Assembly: GCA_030451965.1 (NCBI GenBank)
Contig: JAKDNE010000001.1
Location: forward strand, 1-34,643
DNA length: 34,643 nucleotides
Source: Brachybacterium sp.
Lineage (GTDB): Bacteria; Actinomycetota; Actinomycetes; Actinomycetales; Dermabacteraceae
Direction: 5' to 3'
Position 1 is the stretch's first letter. Each line of letters starts with the position of its first letter. The notes beneath the pieces were generated by a model, which had not been told where the DNA came from, made no database searches, and saw nothing but the letters and a program-made list of their open reading frames with translations. The position numbers and the translations under genes are program-made. Positions 16,832-27,208 of the stretch are shown piece after piece.

Positions 16832-17269
16832 ATGAAGGGTTTCAAGAACTTCGTCATGCAGGGCAGCGTCATCGACCTCGCCGTCGGTGTCGTCATCGGC
16901 GGGGCATTCACCGCGCTGATCGGCGCGTTCGTGGACAACCTGATCCAGCCTGTGATCAACGTCTTCGGTGGGCAGAACCCCGCCGGTCTCGCGTTCACGA
17001 TCATCGAGGGCAATGACGGCACCCTGGTCAACATCGGCGCCGTGATCTCGGCGATCATCGCGTTCCTGATCACCGCGGCCGTCGTCTACTTCGTCTTCGT
17101 GCTCCCGATCTCGTCCGCGCGCAGGCTCGATCGCAAGCGCCGCGGCCTCCCCGTGGAGGAGGAGACCCCCATCTCCGAGGACATCATCCTGCTCACCGAG
17201 ATCCGCGACGCTCTGACCGCGCGGCACGACGGCGCGGCCCAGCCCGGCGGGACCACCCCGCAGGTCTGA
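16832..17269 (+). CDS. mscL: Large-conductance mechanosensitive channel
   Basis: MKGFKNF...VIDLAVGVVIGGAF, FLITAAVVYF and LLTEIRD motifs; TAAGGA RBS. Confidence 0.96.
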   Translation: MKGFKNFVMQGSVIDLAVGVVIGGAFTALIGAFVDNLIQPVINVFGGQNPAGLAFTIIEGNDGTLVNIGAVISAIIAFLITAAVVYFVFVLPISSARRLDRKRRGLPVEEETPISEDIILLTEIRDALTARHDGAAQPGGTTPQV

Positions 17270-17303
17270 GCCTCATGAACGGTGCCTGGGCACCCGATTC
17301 CAC

Positions 17304-17345
17304 CGGCGCGGGCCGGGGCCACGAGGCTCCGGTCCGCGCCGTTCA
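17304..17345 (+). terminator. Long GC hairpin after mscL (probable terminator)
   Basis: CGGCGCGGGCCGGGGCC-acga-GGCTCCGGTCCGCGCCG (17-bp stem, two G-U pairs), then TTCAT. Confidence 0.55.
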
Positions 17346-17388
17346 TGCTCCCTCCCCCACCAGCGAGGGCACGACCGACGGGATCGCT

Positions 17389-18258
17389 GTGGACGGGGAG
17401 TCCATCGAGGCAGTGATCGCCTGGTTCGCCGAAGCAGGCCGTGACCTGCCCTGGCGGCACGAAGGGGTGTCCACCTGGGCGATCCTGGTCTCCGAGGTGA
17501 TGCTGCAGCAGACCCCGGTGGTGCGGGTCCTGCCGCGCTGGCAGGAATGGATGCGGCGGTGGCCCGCACCGTCAGACCTGGCCGATGCCCCGACCGCCGA
17601 AGTGCTGCGCTGCTGGGACCGGCTCGGCTATCCGCGACGGGCGCTGCGGCTGCAGGAGTGTGCGCGCGTCATCGTGCGCGAGCACGGCGGGAGCGTCCCC
17701 CGGGGCGAGCAGGCCCTGCGGGCACTGCCGGGGATCGGCGAGTACACGGCCGCTGCGATCACCGCCTTCTCCCACGGCGAGCGAGCGGTGGTGGTCGATA
17801 CCAACATCCGTCGCGTGCTCGCACGGAGCGTGCGCGGCCGTGCTCTGCCGGACCGCTCCTACAGCGCTGCGGAGCGCGCTGTGGCCACGGCCAGCCTGCC
17901 GGTCTCCCGCGAGCGGTCGACGGCCTGGAACCAGGCCGTGATGGAGCTGGGTGCGCTGGTGTGCACCGCCCGGGCCCCGCGCTGCGAGCAGTGCCCGCTG
18001 GCCGACCGCGGCTGTGCATGGTTCGCCGCCGGCCGTCCGGCCGCGACGGAGGACACCCGCCGCCGCCAGGCCTTCGAAGGCACGGACCGGCAGATGCGCG
18101 GCACGATCATGGCGGTGCTGCGCCGAGACGGCTCCGCGGCGCAGCACCAGCTGATGGCGCTCGATGCAGAGGACGCTGAACGGGTGCAGCGGGGTATGCG
18201 CACACTGGTCGCCGACGGGCTCGCGGTCCGGGACGGGACGAGCCTGCGTCTGCCCTGA
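17389..18258 (+). CDS. mutY: A/G-specific adenine DNA glycosylase (HhH-GPD, 4Fe-4S; short form without NUDIX-like domain)
   Basis: RDLPWR, LVSEVMLQQT, LGYPRRA, LPGIGEYTA, VDTNIRRV and MELGALVC...C..C...C motifs. Start is uncertain (ATG 17275 overlaps the mscL hairpin, so GTG 17389 is preferred). Confidence 0.92.
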   Translation: MDGESIEAVIAWFAEAGRDLPWRHEGVSTWAILVSEVMLQQTPVVRVLPRWQEWMRRWPAPSDLADAPTAEVLRCWDRLGYPRRALRLQECARVIVREHGGSVPRGEQALRALPGIGEYTAAAITAFSHGERAVVVDTNIRRVLARSVRGRALPDRSYSAAERAVATASLPVSRERSTAWNQAVMELGALVCTARAPRCEQCPLADRGCAWFAAGRPAATEDTRRRQAFEGTDRQMRGTIMAVLRRDGSAAQHQLMALDAEDAERVQRGMRTLVADGLAVRDGTSLRLP

Positions 18259-18328
18259 ACGGCTGCGTGGAGCTCTCCACCGCACGGGGTTCCCGTCAGT
18301 GCGGAGTTCTCGACAGCGCCGAGCCCCG

Positions 18329-18838
18329 TCAGTCGGAGGCGGCCAGCGCCTTGATCATGCGGGTGTTGCCGAGGGTGTTGGGCTTGACCCGCGCGAGATC
18401 GAGGAACTCCGCGATCCCCTCGTCCGGGGAGCGCAGCAGCTGGTTGTAGATGTCGGGGTCCACGGCCTCGCTCATCACCTCGAATCCGTGCCGGACGAAG
18501 AAGTCCACCTCGAAGGTCAGGCAGAACACACGCTGCAGGCCGAGCTGGAGCGCCCGCGCGAGCAGAGCGTCGAGCATCCGGTGGCCCAGACCCGTGCCGC
18601 GCTGGTCCTCGTGCACCGCGAGGGTGCGCACCTCTGCGAGGTCCTCCCACATCACATGGAGCGCGCCGCAGCCGACCACCTCGCCGGCCTCATCGGTCGC
18701 CACCAGGAACTCCTGGACCGCCTCGTAATAGGACACCAGGTCCTTGCCGAGCAGGACCCCGGTGTGGGTCATCGGCTCGACGAGACGGTTGATGCCCCGC
18801 ACGTCGGCGGGCAACGCAGGGCGGATGGTGGTGCTCAT
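18329..18838 (-). CDS. argA: Short amino-acid N-acetyltransferase (ArgA-like GNAT)
   Basis: GCGALHVMWEDLAEVRTLAV, VFCLTFEVDFF and EFLDLARVKPNTLGNTRM motifs; ATGA overlap with the dedA stop. Confidence 0.85.
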   Translation of the reverse strand: MSTTIRPALPADVRGINRLVEPMTHTGVLLGKDLVSYYEAVQEFLVATDEAGEVVGCGALHVMWEDLAEVRTLAVHEDQRGTGLGHRMLDALLARALQLGLQRVFCLTFEVDFFVRHGFEVMSEAVDPDIYNQLLRSPDEGIAEFLDLARVKPNTLGNTRMIKALAASD

Positions 18839-19671
18839 ACGGGGCTGTCCTCTCCACGCGACGGACTGAGCGGTGACTCGGCGCTGGAACCGAAGGCCTG
18901 CGGACTCTGGGCGGGTCCCTCGCCGCTCGGATCGGCCGCGGCGTTCGCGCCGGCCGACGGGGTGGTCTCCCGCGGCTCCGCTTCGGCGGCAACGTCCTCC
19001 GCCTCGGGAGCCGCTGCTGCCTCGAGTCGCTCCGCCCGGCGGTCCAGGGCCCGATGCATCGCGGTGATCAGCCTTTCGATGACCAGAGCCATCACCAGAG
19101 CGGCGAACAGCGCGACCGTGATCGCCAGCAGGTTGTGATCCTCGAACCAGGCGCCCGCGATCGCACCGATCGCGCACGAGTAGACGGCCCACACGAAGGT
19201 GGACAGCAACGAGCGGGGCCAGAAGTGGCGGTGGGGATAGTGCACGGCACCGGCGACCAGGTTCACCGCGGTGCGACCGAAGGGGATGTAGCGAGCGGTC
19301 ATCAAGAAGACCAGGGCCCGCTTCTGCAGTCCGCGATCCGCGGCCTCGACAGCTCTGCGGCCACGCCCTTCGCGCAGAAATCGGAAGCGCTCCCAGCCGA
19401 CCTTGCTGCCGATCAGATATCCCAGATTGTCTCCGGTCCAAGCACCCATCCACGCCGCCAGCGCGACGAAGATGATCGAGGGCCGTCCCGAGCTCGACCA
19501 CAGGGAGGAGAGGGTCACGATCGTCGACTCGCTCGGCACGGACGGGAAGAAGCCGTCGAGCGCGGCGAACAGGTACACCATGAGATGGACCCACCAGGCA
19601 TCGGCGATGCCGAGGATCCACTCCTCCATCTGCCCCGTCAGTGACAGCAGCCAGTCGATGGTGTCGCCCAT
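18835..19671 (-). CDS. dedA: DedA/VTT-family membrane protein
   Basis: LDGFFPSVPSE, GDNLGY.IG and ARYIPFGRTAVNLVAG motifs; GGAGAGGA RBS. Confidence 0.9.
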   Translation of the reverse strand: MGDTIDWLLSLTGQMEEWILGIADAWWVHLMVYLFAALDGFFPSVPSESTIVTLSSLWSSSGRPSIIFVALAAWMGAWTGDNLGYLIGSKVGWERFRFLREGRGRRAVEAADRGLQKRALVFLMTARYIPFGRTAVNLVAGAVHYPHRHFWPRSLLSTFVWAVYSCAIGAIAGAWFEDHNLLAITVALFAALVMALVIERLITAMHRALDRRAERLEAAAAPEAEDVAAEAEPRETTPSAGANAAADPSGEGPAQSPQAFGSSAESPLSPSRGEDSPV

Positions 19672-19736
19672 GCGTCCTCTCCATCGAAGGCCCCGGCGGG
19701 TGCCCCCGGGCCTCCCGGGCTCGTCGAAGCAGGTGC

Positions 19737-19761
19737 CCGGGCCTGATCAGATCAGGCCCGG
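19737..19761. promoter_or_regulatory. Perfect 12-1-12 palindrome CCGGGCCTGATC-a-GATCAGGCCCGG upstream of dedA
   Basis: Read directly; role (operator or RNA hairpin) unknown. Confidence 0.4.
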
Positions 19762-19803
19762 TGGTGCTCGCGCCCCGGCAGTCGTACCGAGGCGGGCGGT
19801 GGC

Positions 19804-19830
19804 GCCGGCCCCGCACGGGGCGGGGCCGGC
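19804..19830 (-). terminator. GC-rich hairpin immediately downstream of clpC
   Basis: GCCGGCCCCGC-5 nt-GCGGGGCCGGC, a perfect 11-bp stem 8 nt after the clpC stop; no U-tract. Confidence 0.55.
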
Positions 19831-19838
19831 CACACCGG

Positions 19839-22421
<2,583 letters not shown>

Positions 22422-22454
22422 GGTCCTCCCCCGTCCGGTGGTGGTGATGAATCG

Positions 22455-22523
22455 AGCGTACGCGCCGCTCCCGGCGAAGCGGAGCCTGTTCGCCGCAGGC
22501 GTGACGGCTGTTCGCCGTGGGCA
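22455..22523 (-). promoter_or_regulatory. clpC promoter: -10 TACGCT plus tandem ClgR-type boxes
   Basis: Minus-strand TACGCT at 22455-22460. GTTCGC-N5-GCG at 22488-22501, GTTCGC-N5-GCA at 22510-22523 and CGC-N5-GCG at 22466-22476. Matches the actinobacterial ClgR motif known for clpC. Confidence 0.7.
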
Positions 22524-22655
22524 TGATGGTGCGCTCTGTCGACGGTCGCGGCTTCCCGACCCGCGTCGCCGACCCACCGGTCGGATACCGCAGGGGGGAA
22601 CTGGAGCGGCCCGTATCATGGTCCGGGCCACATCCCCTTCCTCAAGGAGCACCTC

Positions 22656-22898
22656 ATGGGCGCCATCGTCGGTGGAATCATCCTCTTCGTCCTCGGAGCC
22701 ATCGCGCGCTTCGCGCTGGAGTTCGACCTGCCGGGGGTGGATTCCGCCACGCTCGGCACCATCTTGATGGGCGCGGGAGCCGTCCTGTTCGTCGTGGGCC
22801 TGCTGCTGATGCTGCGCTCGCGCAAGACCGTCGTGAACACCCAGGAAGCACCGGGGCACCGCGTCTCCGAGCGTCGGGATCCTCCGCCCACCGCGTGA
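22656..22898 (+). CDS. Small two-TM membrane protein (DUF6458-like)
   Basis: GIILFVLGAIARFA...GVD..TLG.ILM.AG pattern; AAGGAG RBS; candidate -10 TATCAT at 22614-22619. Confidence 0.8.
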   Translation: MGAIVGGIILFVLGAIARFALEFDLPGVDSATLGTILMGAGAVLFVVGLLLMLRSRKTVVNTQEAPGHRVSERRDPPPTA

Positions 22899-23023
22899 GC
22901 GCTGCGACCCTCACGACGCAGCACTGATCGACGAGAGGACCGCCGACGCACCATGTGCGGCGATGCTCCTCGAGCTCGGTCCGAGCCGCGGGATGCCGTT
23001 GCCGCACGCCCGCAGCAGATCTG

Positions 23024-24301
23024 TCACACGGTCGCGGTCTCCCGCTCCAGCCTGATCTCCAGCACGGGCAGGGCGACGTCCGGCCTGCGCACGGGGAGGG
23101 TGAAGGTGACGACGTCGCGCCCCAGGGAGCCGAGCGTCATCTGCGATGCCTTCTGCTCCGGATCGATCACCCTGTGGGCGACCTCTGAACCATCGTGCAG
23201 CAGCCGCGCGAAGCGGACGCGGCCGGCGGCCCCGGCGAGATGCACGTGCTGCATCGGCCAGGTGGTCAGGTGCACGTACAGGCGGTCACCGCGCTGGGTG
23301 AGGACGGTGCCCCGAGGGGCGGTGAACCCGTGCGCCGGGCCGGCGCCGCGGACGGAGTCCTCGTGCAGCTCCATCCATTCGCCGATCTCGGCCAGGGCGG
23401 CGGTGTCGTCGCGGCGCAGGCCCCCGCGTCCGTCGGGCCCGATGTTCAGCAGCATGTTCCCACCCGTCGACACCGAATCCACGAGCATCCGCACCAGCAG
23501 GTCGGGGCTCTTGAACTCGAGGTTGTCCCGGTCGTAGCCCCAGGACCCGTTGAGGGTCTGGCAGGCCTCCCACCGGATCGGCGTGCCGTCCGGGCCGGTC
23601 ATGGGCCGGGCCGGCTGATACTGCTCCGGCGTGACCAGGTCCCCGGGGATCCCGAGCCGGTCGTTCACCAGAGCGTTCGGCTGCAGCTCTCGCACCATCG
23701 CCAGCAGTGACCGGGAGTCCCAGTCCTCTGCGCCCTTCCCCTCCGGCCCCGGGTACGTGAAGTCGAAGAAGAGATAGTCGATCTGCCCGTACCGCGTGAG
23801 CAGCTCACGCACCTGGCCATGCAGATAGGTGCGATACCTGGACATGTCGCGACCGGCATTGAGCTCATTGCGGTCGGGGTGGTCCCGCAGCGGGTGGTTC
23901 TGGTCGATCGTGAAGTCGGGATGGGACCAGTCGATCAGAGAATGGTAGAGACCGACGCGGAGCCCCTCGTCGCGCAGCGCCCGAACCCATTCATCCACCA
24001 GATCGCGGCCGCACGCCTCCTGCGTCGTGTGCTCGGTGAGGTCGCTCCCCCACAGGCAGAATCCGTCGTGGTGCTTGGTGGTCAGCACCGCATACCGCAT
24101 CCCGGCCTCCCGCGCGCGGCGTGCGATGTCGCGGGCGTCGAATCTATCGGGGTCGAACTCCTGCGCGTACCGCGCGTATTCCTCGGGATCACGATGCTCC
24201 CGGCTCATCACCCATTCGTGACGGGCCGGGACGGCGTAGATCCCGAAGTGCACGAACAGTCCGAAGCGGGCCTCGTCGAACCAGTGGGCATCGTTCGTCA
24301 T
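23024..24301 (-). CDS. Alpha-L-fucosidase (GH29), cytoplasmic
   Basis: WFDEARFGLFVHFG, EW, TTKHHDGFCLW, YHSLIDW, YLFFD (nucleophile region), NDRLG, SWGY and GGNMLLNIGP motifs; AAGGAG RBS; no signal peptide. Confidence 0.93.
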   Translation of the reverse strand: MTNDAHWFDEARFGLFVHFGIYAVPARHEWVMSREHRDPEEYARYAQEFDPDRFDARDIARRAREAGMRYAVLTTKHHDGFCLWGSDLTEHTTQEACGRDLVDEWVRALRDEGLRVGLYHSLIDWSHPDFTIDQNHPLRDHPDRNELNAGRDMSRYRTYLHGQVRELLTRYGQIDYLFFDFTYPGPEGKGAEDWDSRSLLAMVRELQPNALVNDRLGIPGDLVTPEQYQPARPMTGPDGTPIRWEACQTLNGSWGYDRDNLEFKSPDLLVRMLVDSVSTGGNMLLNIGPDGRGGLRRDDTAALAEIGEWMELHEDSVRGAGPAHGFTAPRGTVLTQRGDRLYVHLTTWPMQHVHLAGAAGRVRFARLLHDGSEVAHRVIDPEQKASQMTLGSLGRDVVTFTLPVRRPDVALPVLEIRLERETATV

Positions 24302-24489
24302 GGTGCTCTCCTTCAGCTGTGGGACGGCGGCCATCCGCTCAGGAACGTCGGGGTCGAGGTGCTGGTCGACCCGGGCGGACTTCGTCGCGGCACCACTGCC
24401 GCAGACTCCCAGCTTCCCACGCCGCCAGCGTCGTGAAAGCCCGGATCCGGACGTCCTCGCTCGCAGCCCGTGGCAGATGCGGTCGCCGA

Positions 24490-24687
24490 CCCCGTCCCTC
24501 CGATTCGCGCTGATCGTCGCCGGCGGGGTGCTACTTTCTGATCATCGTCCTGCTCCCCTGGCTCGTGCTCTGCACCGTGATCCCGCCGCTGGGGATCCTC
24601 GCGGGCCCGGGAGCCGCCGTCCAGGCCGCCTCCACGCTGGTGGGTCGCCGGGTCGAGACGCTTCTGGACACGCCCGATGACGCGTGA
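24490..24687 (+). pseudogene. Frameshifted 3' remnant of a membrane-protein gene (YesL/DUF624-like)
   Basis: LRFALIVAGGVLL in one frame continues after a shift near 24530 as FLIIVLLPWLVLCTVIPPLGILAGPGAAVQAASTLVGRRVETLLDTPDDA-stop; no credible start. The family call is tentative. Confidence 0.4.
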
Positions 24688-24796
24688 GCGTCGATGCGAT
24701 GGCATGCCGGAATCGCCGAGACCCCGTCGTGAGGGCTAGGCTTCACGGAACCGATCGAGGGACCTGCGCCAGTGCGGGGACGAGGGACGGAGAGAC

Positions 24797-26287
24797 ATGG
24801 CAGACCTCAGGGTGGATGTCGAGCGCGCCGATGCGGTGATGATCGGGGGCGGGATCGCCAGTGCGACCCTTGCGGCCCTCCTCAGCGAGCTCGAGCCGAC
24901 GTGGGACATCCGCGTGCTCGAGAAGCTCGACACCGTGGGTCAGGAGTCCAGCGACGGCTGGAACAACGCCGGCACGGGCCACAGCGCCTTGTGCGAGATG
25001 AACTACACCCCACAGGACGTGGACGGCTCCGTCAGCCCTGCCAAGGCGATCACGATCAACGAGCAGTTCCAGATCTCCCGGCAGTTCTGGGCGCATCTGG
25101 TGGAGAACGACCGGATCGGTGACCCGGGCGAGTTCATCCACACCGTGCCGCACATGAGCTTCGTGCACGGCATGGAGAGCGTCGACTACCTGCGCCGCCG
25201 GCATGAGGCACTCACCTCGAACCCGCTCTTCGACCGCATGGAGTTCACGACCGAGCATGCCCAGCTGGCGGACTGGGCACCGCTGGTCGCCGAAGGGCGA
25301 CCAGTCACAGAGACCATCGCTGCGACCCGCTCCATGGACGGCACCGACGTCGACTTCGGCGCGCTGACCGGTCAGATGCTTGGCTTCGCCACCCGCACCG
25401 GCACCACCGTCTCCACCGGGTCCGAGGTCGTGGATCTGCGGCGCATGGGGACGGACTGGGGGGTGATGGTCCGCTCCACCGAGGATGGCTCGATGAGCGT
25501 GGTGCGCACTCCGTTCGTCTTCGTCGGCGCGGGCGGCTACGCGCTGCCCCTGCTGCAGAAGTCCGGGATCGATGAGATCCGCGGCTTCGGCGGGTTCCCG
25601 ATCTCGGGTCAGTGGCTGCGCTGCACCGATCCGGAGACCATCGCCCGCCACGATGCGAAGGTGTACGGCAAGGCCGCCGTCGGCGCACCGCCGATGAGCG
25701 TCCCGCATCTCGACACGCGCTATGTGGGCGGGAAGCGGTCGCTCATGTTCGGCCCGTACGCCGGCTGGTCACCGAAGTTCCTGAAGTCCGGTCGCTACAC
25801 CGACCTCCTCGAATCGATGAAGCCCTCGAACATCACCCAGATGATGGCCGTCGCCCCGCCGAACCTCGACCTCATGGTCTACCTCGGCTCGCAGCTGGCG
25901 GCGACCCATCACCAGCGTTTCGAGGCGCTGCTCGAGTACATGCCGGCGGCGCGAGCGTCCGACTGGGAAGAGGTCACTGCCGGTCAGCGCGTACAGGTCA
26001 TCGCCCCGAACAAGGCCAAGCACGGTGTGCTGCAGTTCGGTACCCAGGTGATCACCGCCGCGGACGGCTCCATCGGCGGCATGCTCGGTGCCTCCCCGGG
26101 AGCCTCGACCGCCACCAGCATCATGCTCGGCCTGCTCGAGAAGATGTTCCCGCAGCGCATCGATGCCTGGCGGCCCTCGCTGACCCAGATGGTGCCGAGC
26201 TGGGGACGGTCTCTCTCGGAGGAACCGGACGAGGCGCACCGGCTGCTCGACCACACGGCCGAGGCACTGGGCCTGACGCTCTCCTGA
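24797..26287 (+). CDS. mqo: Malate:quinone oxidoreductase
   Basis: IGGGIASATL, ESSDGWNNAGTGHSALCE.NYT, GTDVDFG, FVGAGG, GAPPMSVPHLD, AGQRVQ, LQFGT and GASPGAST motifs; GGAG RBS. Confidence 0.97.
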   Translation: MADLRVDVERADAVMIGGGIASATLAALLSELEPTWDIRVLEKLDTVGQESSDGWNNAGTGHSALCEMNYTPQDVDGSVSPAKAITINEQFQISRQFWAHLVENDRIGDPGEFIHTVPHMSFVHGMESVDYLRRRHEALTSNPLFDRMEFTTEHAQLADWAPLVAEGRPVTETIAATRSMDGTDVDFGALTGQMLGFATRTGTTVSTGSEVVDLRRMGTDWGVMVRSTEDGSMSVVRTPFVFVGAGGYALPLLQKSGIDEIRGFGGFPISGQWLRCTDPETIARHDAKVYGKAAVGAPPMSVPHLDTRYVGGKRSLMFGPYAGWSPKFLKSGRYTDLLESMKPSNITQMMAVAPPNLDLMVYLGSQLAATHHQRFEALLEYMPAARASDWEEVTAGQRVQVIAPNKAKHGVLQFGTQVITAADGSIGGMLGASPGASTATSIMLGLLEKMFPQRIDAWRPSLTQMVPSWGRSLSEEPDEAHRLLDHTAEALGLTLS

Positions 26288-26370
26288 GGACATCTCAGGG
26301 CCCGCCATTCCTCGGCAGAGGTGGGAGGGCACGATCGGAGCGAGACCGCGGCGAGGAGGAAGGTCAGCGG

Positions 26371-27156
26371 ATGCGCATCTCTTTGATGACCACGTGTCTG
26401 GTGGACGTGATGGCCCCGGATGTGGCTCGGGCGACGGTGATCCTGCTGGAGCGGCTCGGCCACGAGGTGGTGTTCGACAAGCGGCAGACCTGCTGCGGCC
26501 AGATGCACACCAACTCCGGGTACTACACCGAGGCGGCACCGATCGTGCGCTCCTTCGTCGACACCTTCGAGCCGGCGCTGGACTCCGTCGACGCGATCGT
26601 GATGCCGTCGGGCTCCTGCACCGGATGCGTGCGGGACCAGCACGAGCTGGTGGCACGGCACGAGGGCGACAGCGAGCTCGAGCAGCGTGCGGCGGCGGTC
26701 GCGGCGAAGACCTATGAGCTCTCGGAGCTGCTGGCGGACGTGCTCAAGGTGACCGATGTCGGGGCGTACTTCCCGCACTCGGTGACCTACCATCCCACCT
26801 GCCACTCGATGCGCTTCCTGAAGGTGGGGGCGCGGCCGCTGAAGCTGCTGCGCGCGGTCGAGGGCCTCGAGATGAAGAACCTGCCCGAGTCCGACACCTG
26901 CTGCGGATTCGGCGGCACCTTCTCGGTGAAGAACGACGCCACCAGTGATGCGATGGTGACCGACAAGGCCGAGAACGTGGTGCGCAGCGGTGCCGAGTTC
27001 GTCGTCGCGGGCGATGCCTCATGCCTGATGAACATCGGCGGCAAACTGCGCCGCACGGGCGCCTCACCACGCTCTGTACATCTCGCGCAGATCCTCGCGT
27101 CGACCAGGGAGGACCCCTTCGTCCCGGCGGAGACCATCCTGGGGAGGGCACCGTGA
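26371..27156 (+). CDS. lutA: Lactate utilization protein A (CCG Fe-S subunit)
   Basis: TCLVD, QTCCGQ, PSGSC, YHPTCHS, CCGFGGTF and SCLMNI motifs; GAGGAGG RBS before ATG 26371. Confidence 0.93.
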   Translation: MRISLMTTCLVDVMAPDVARATVILLERLGHEVVFDKRQTCCGQMHTNSGYYTEAAPIVRSFVDTFEPALDSVDAIVMPSGSCTGCVRDQHELVARHEGDSELEQRAAAVAAKTYELSELLADVLKVTDVGAYFPHSVTYHPTCHSMRFLKVGARPLKLLRAVEGLEMKNLPESDTCCGFGGTFSVKNDATSDAMVTDKAENVVRSGAEFVVAGDASCLMNIGGKLRRTGASPRSVHLAQILASTREDPFVPAETILGRAP

Positions 27157-27208
27157 GCACCAGCGCCGGTCGACGAACGGCGAGGAACGAGCAGGAGGAG
27201 AACGCGCT

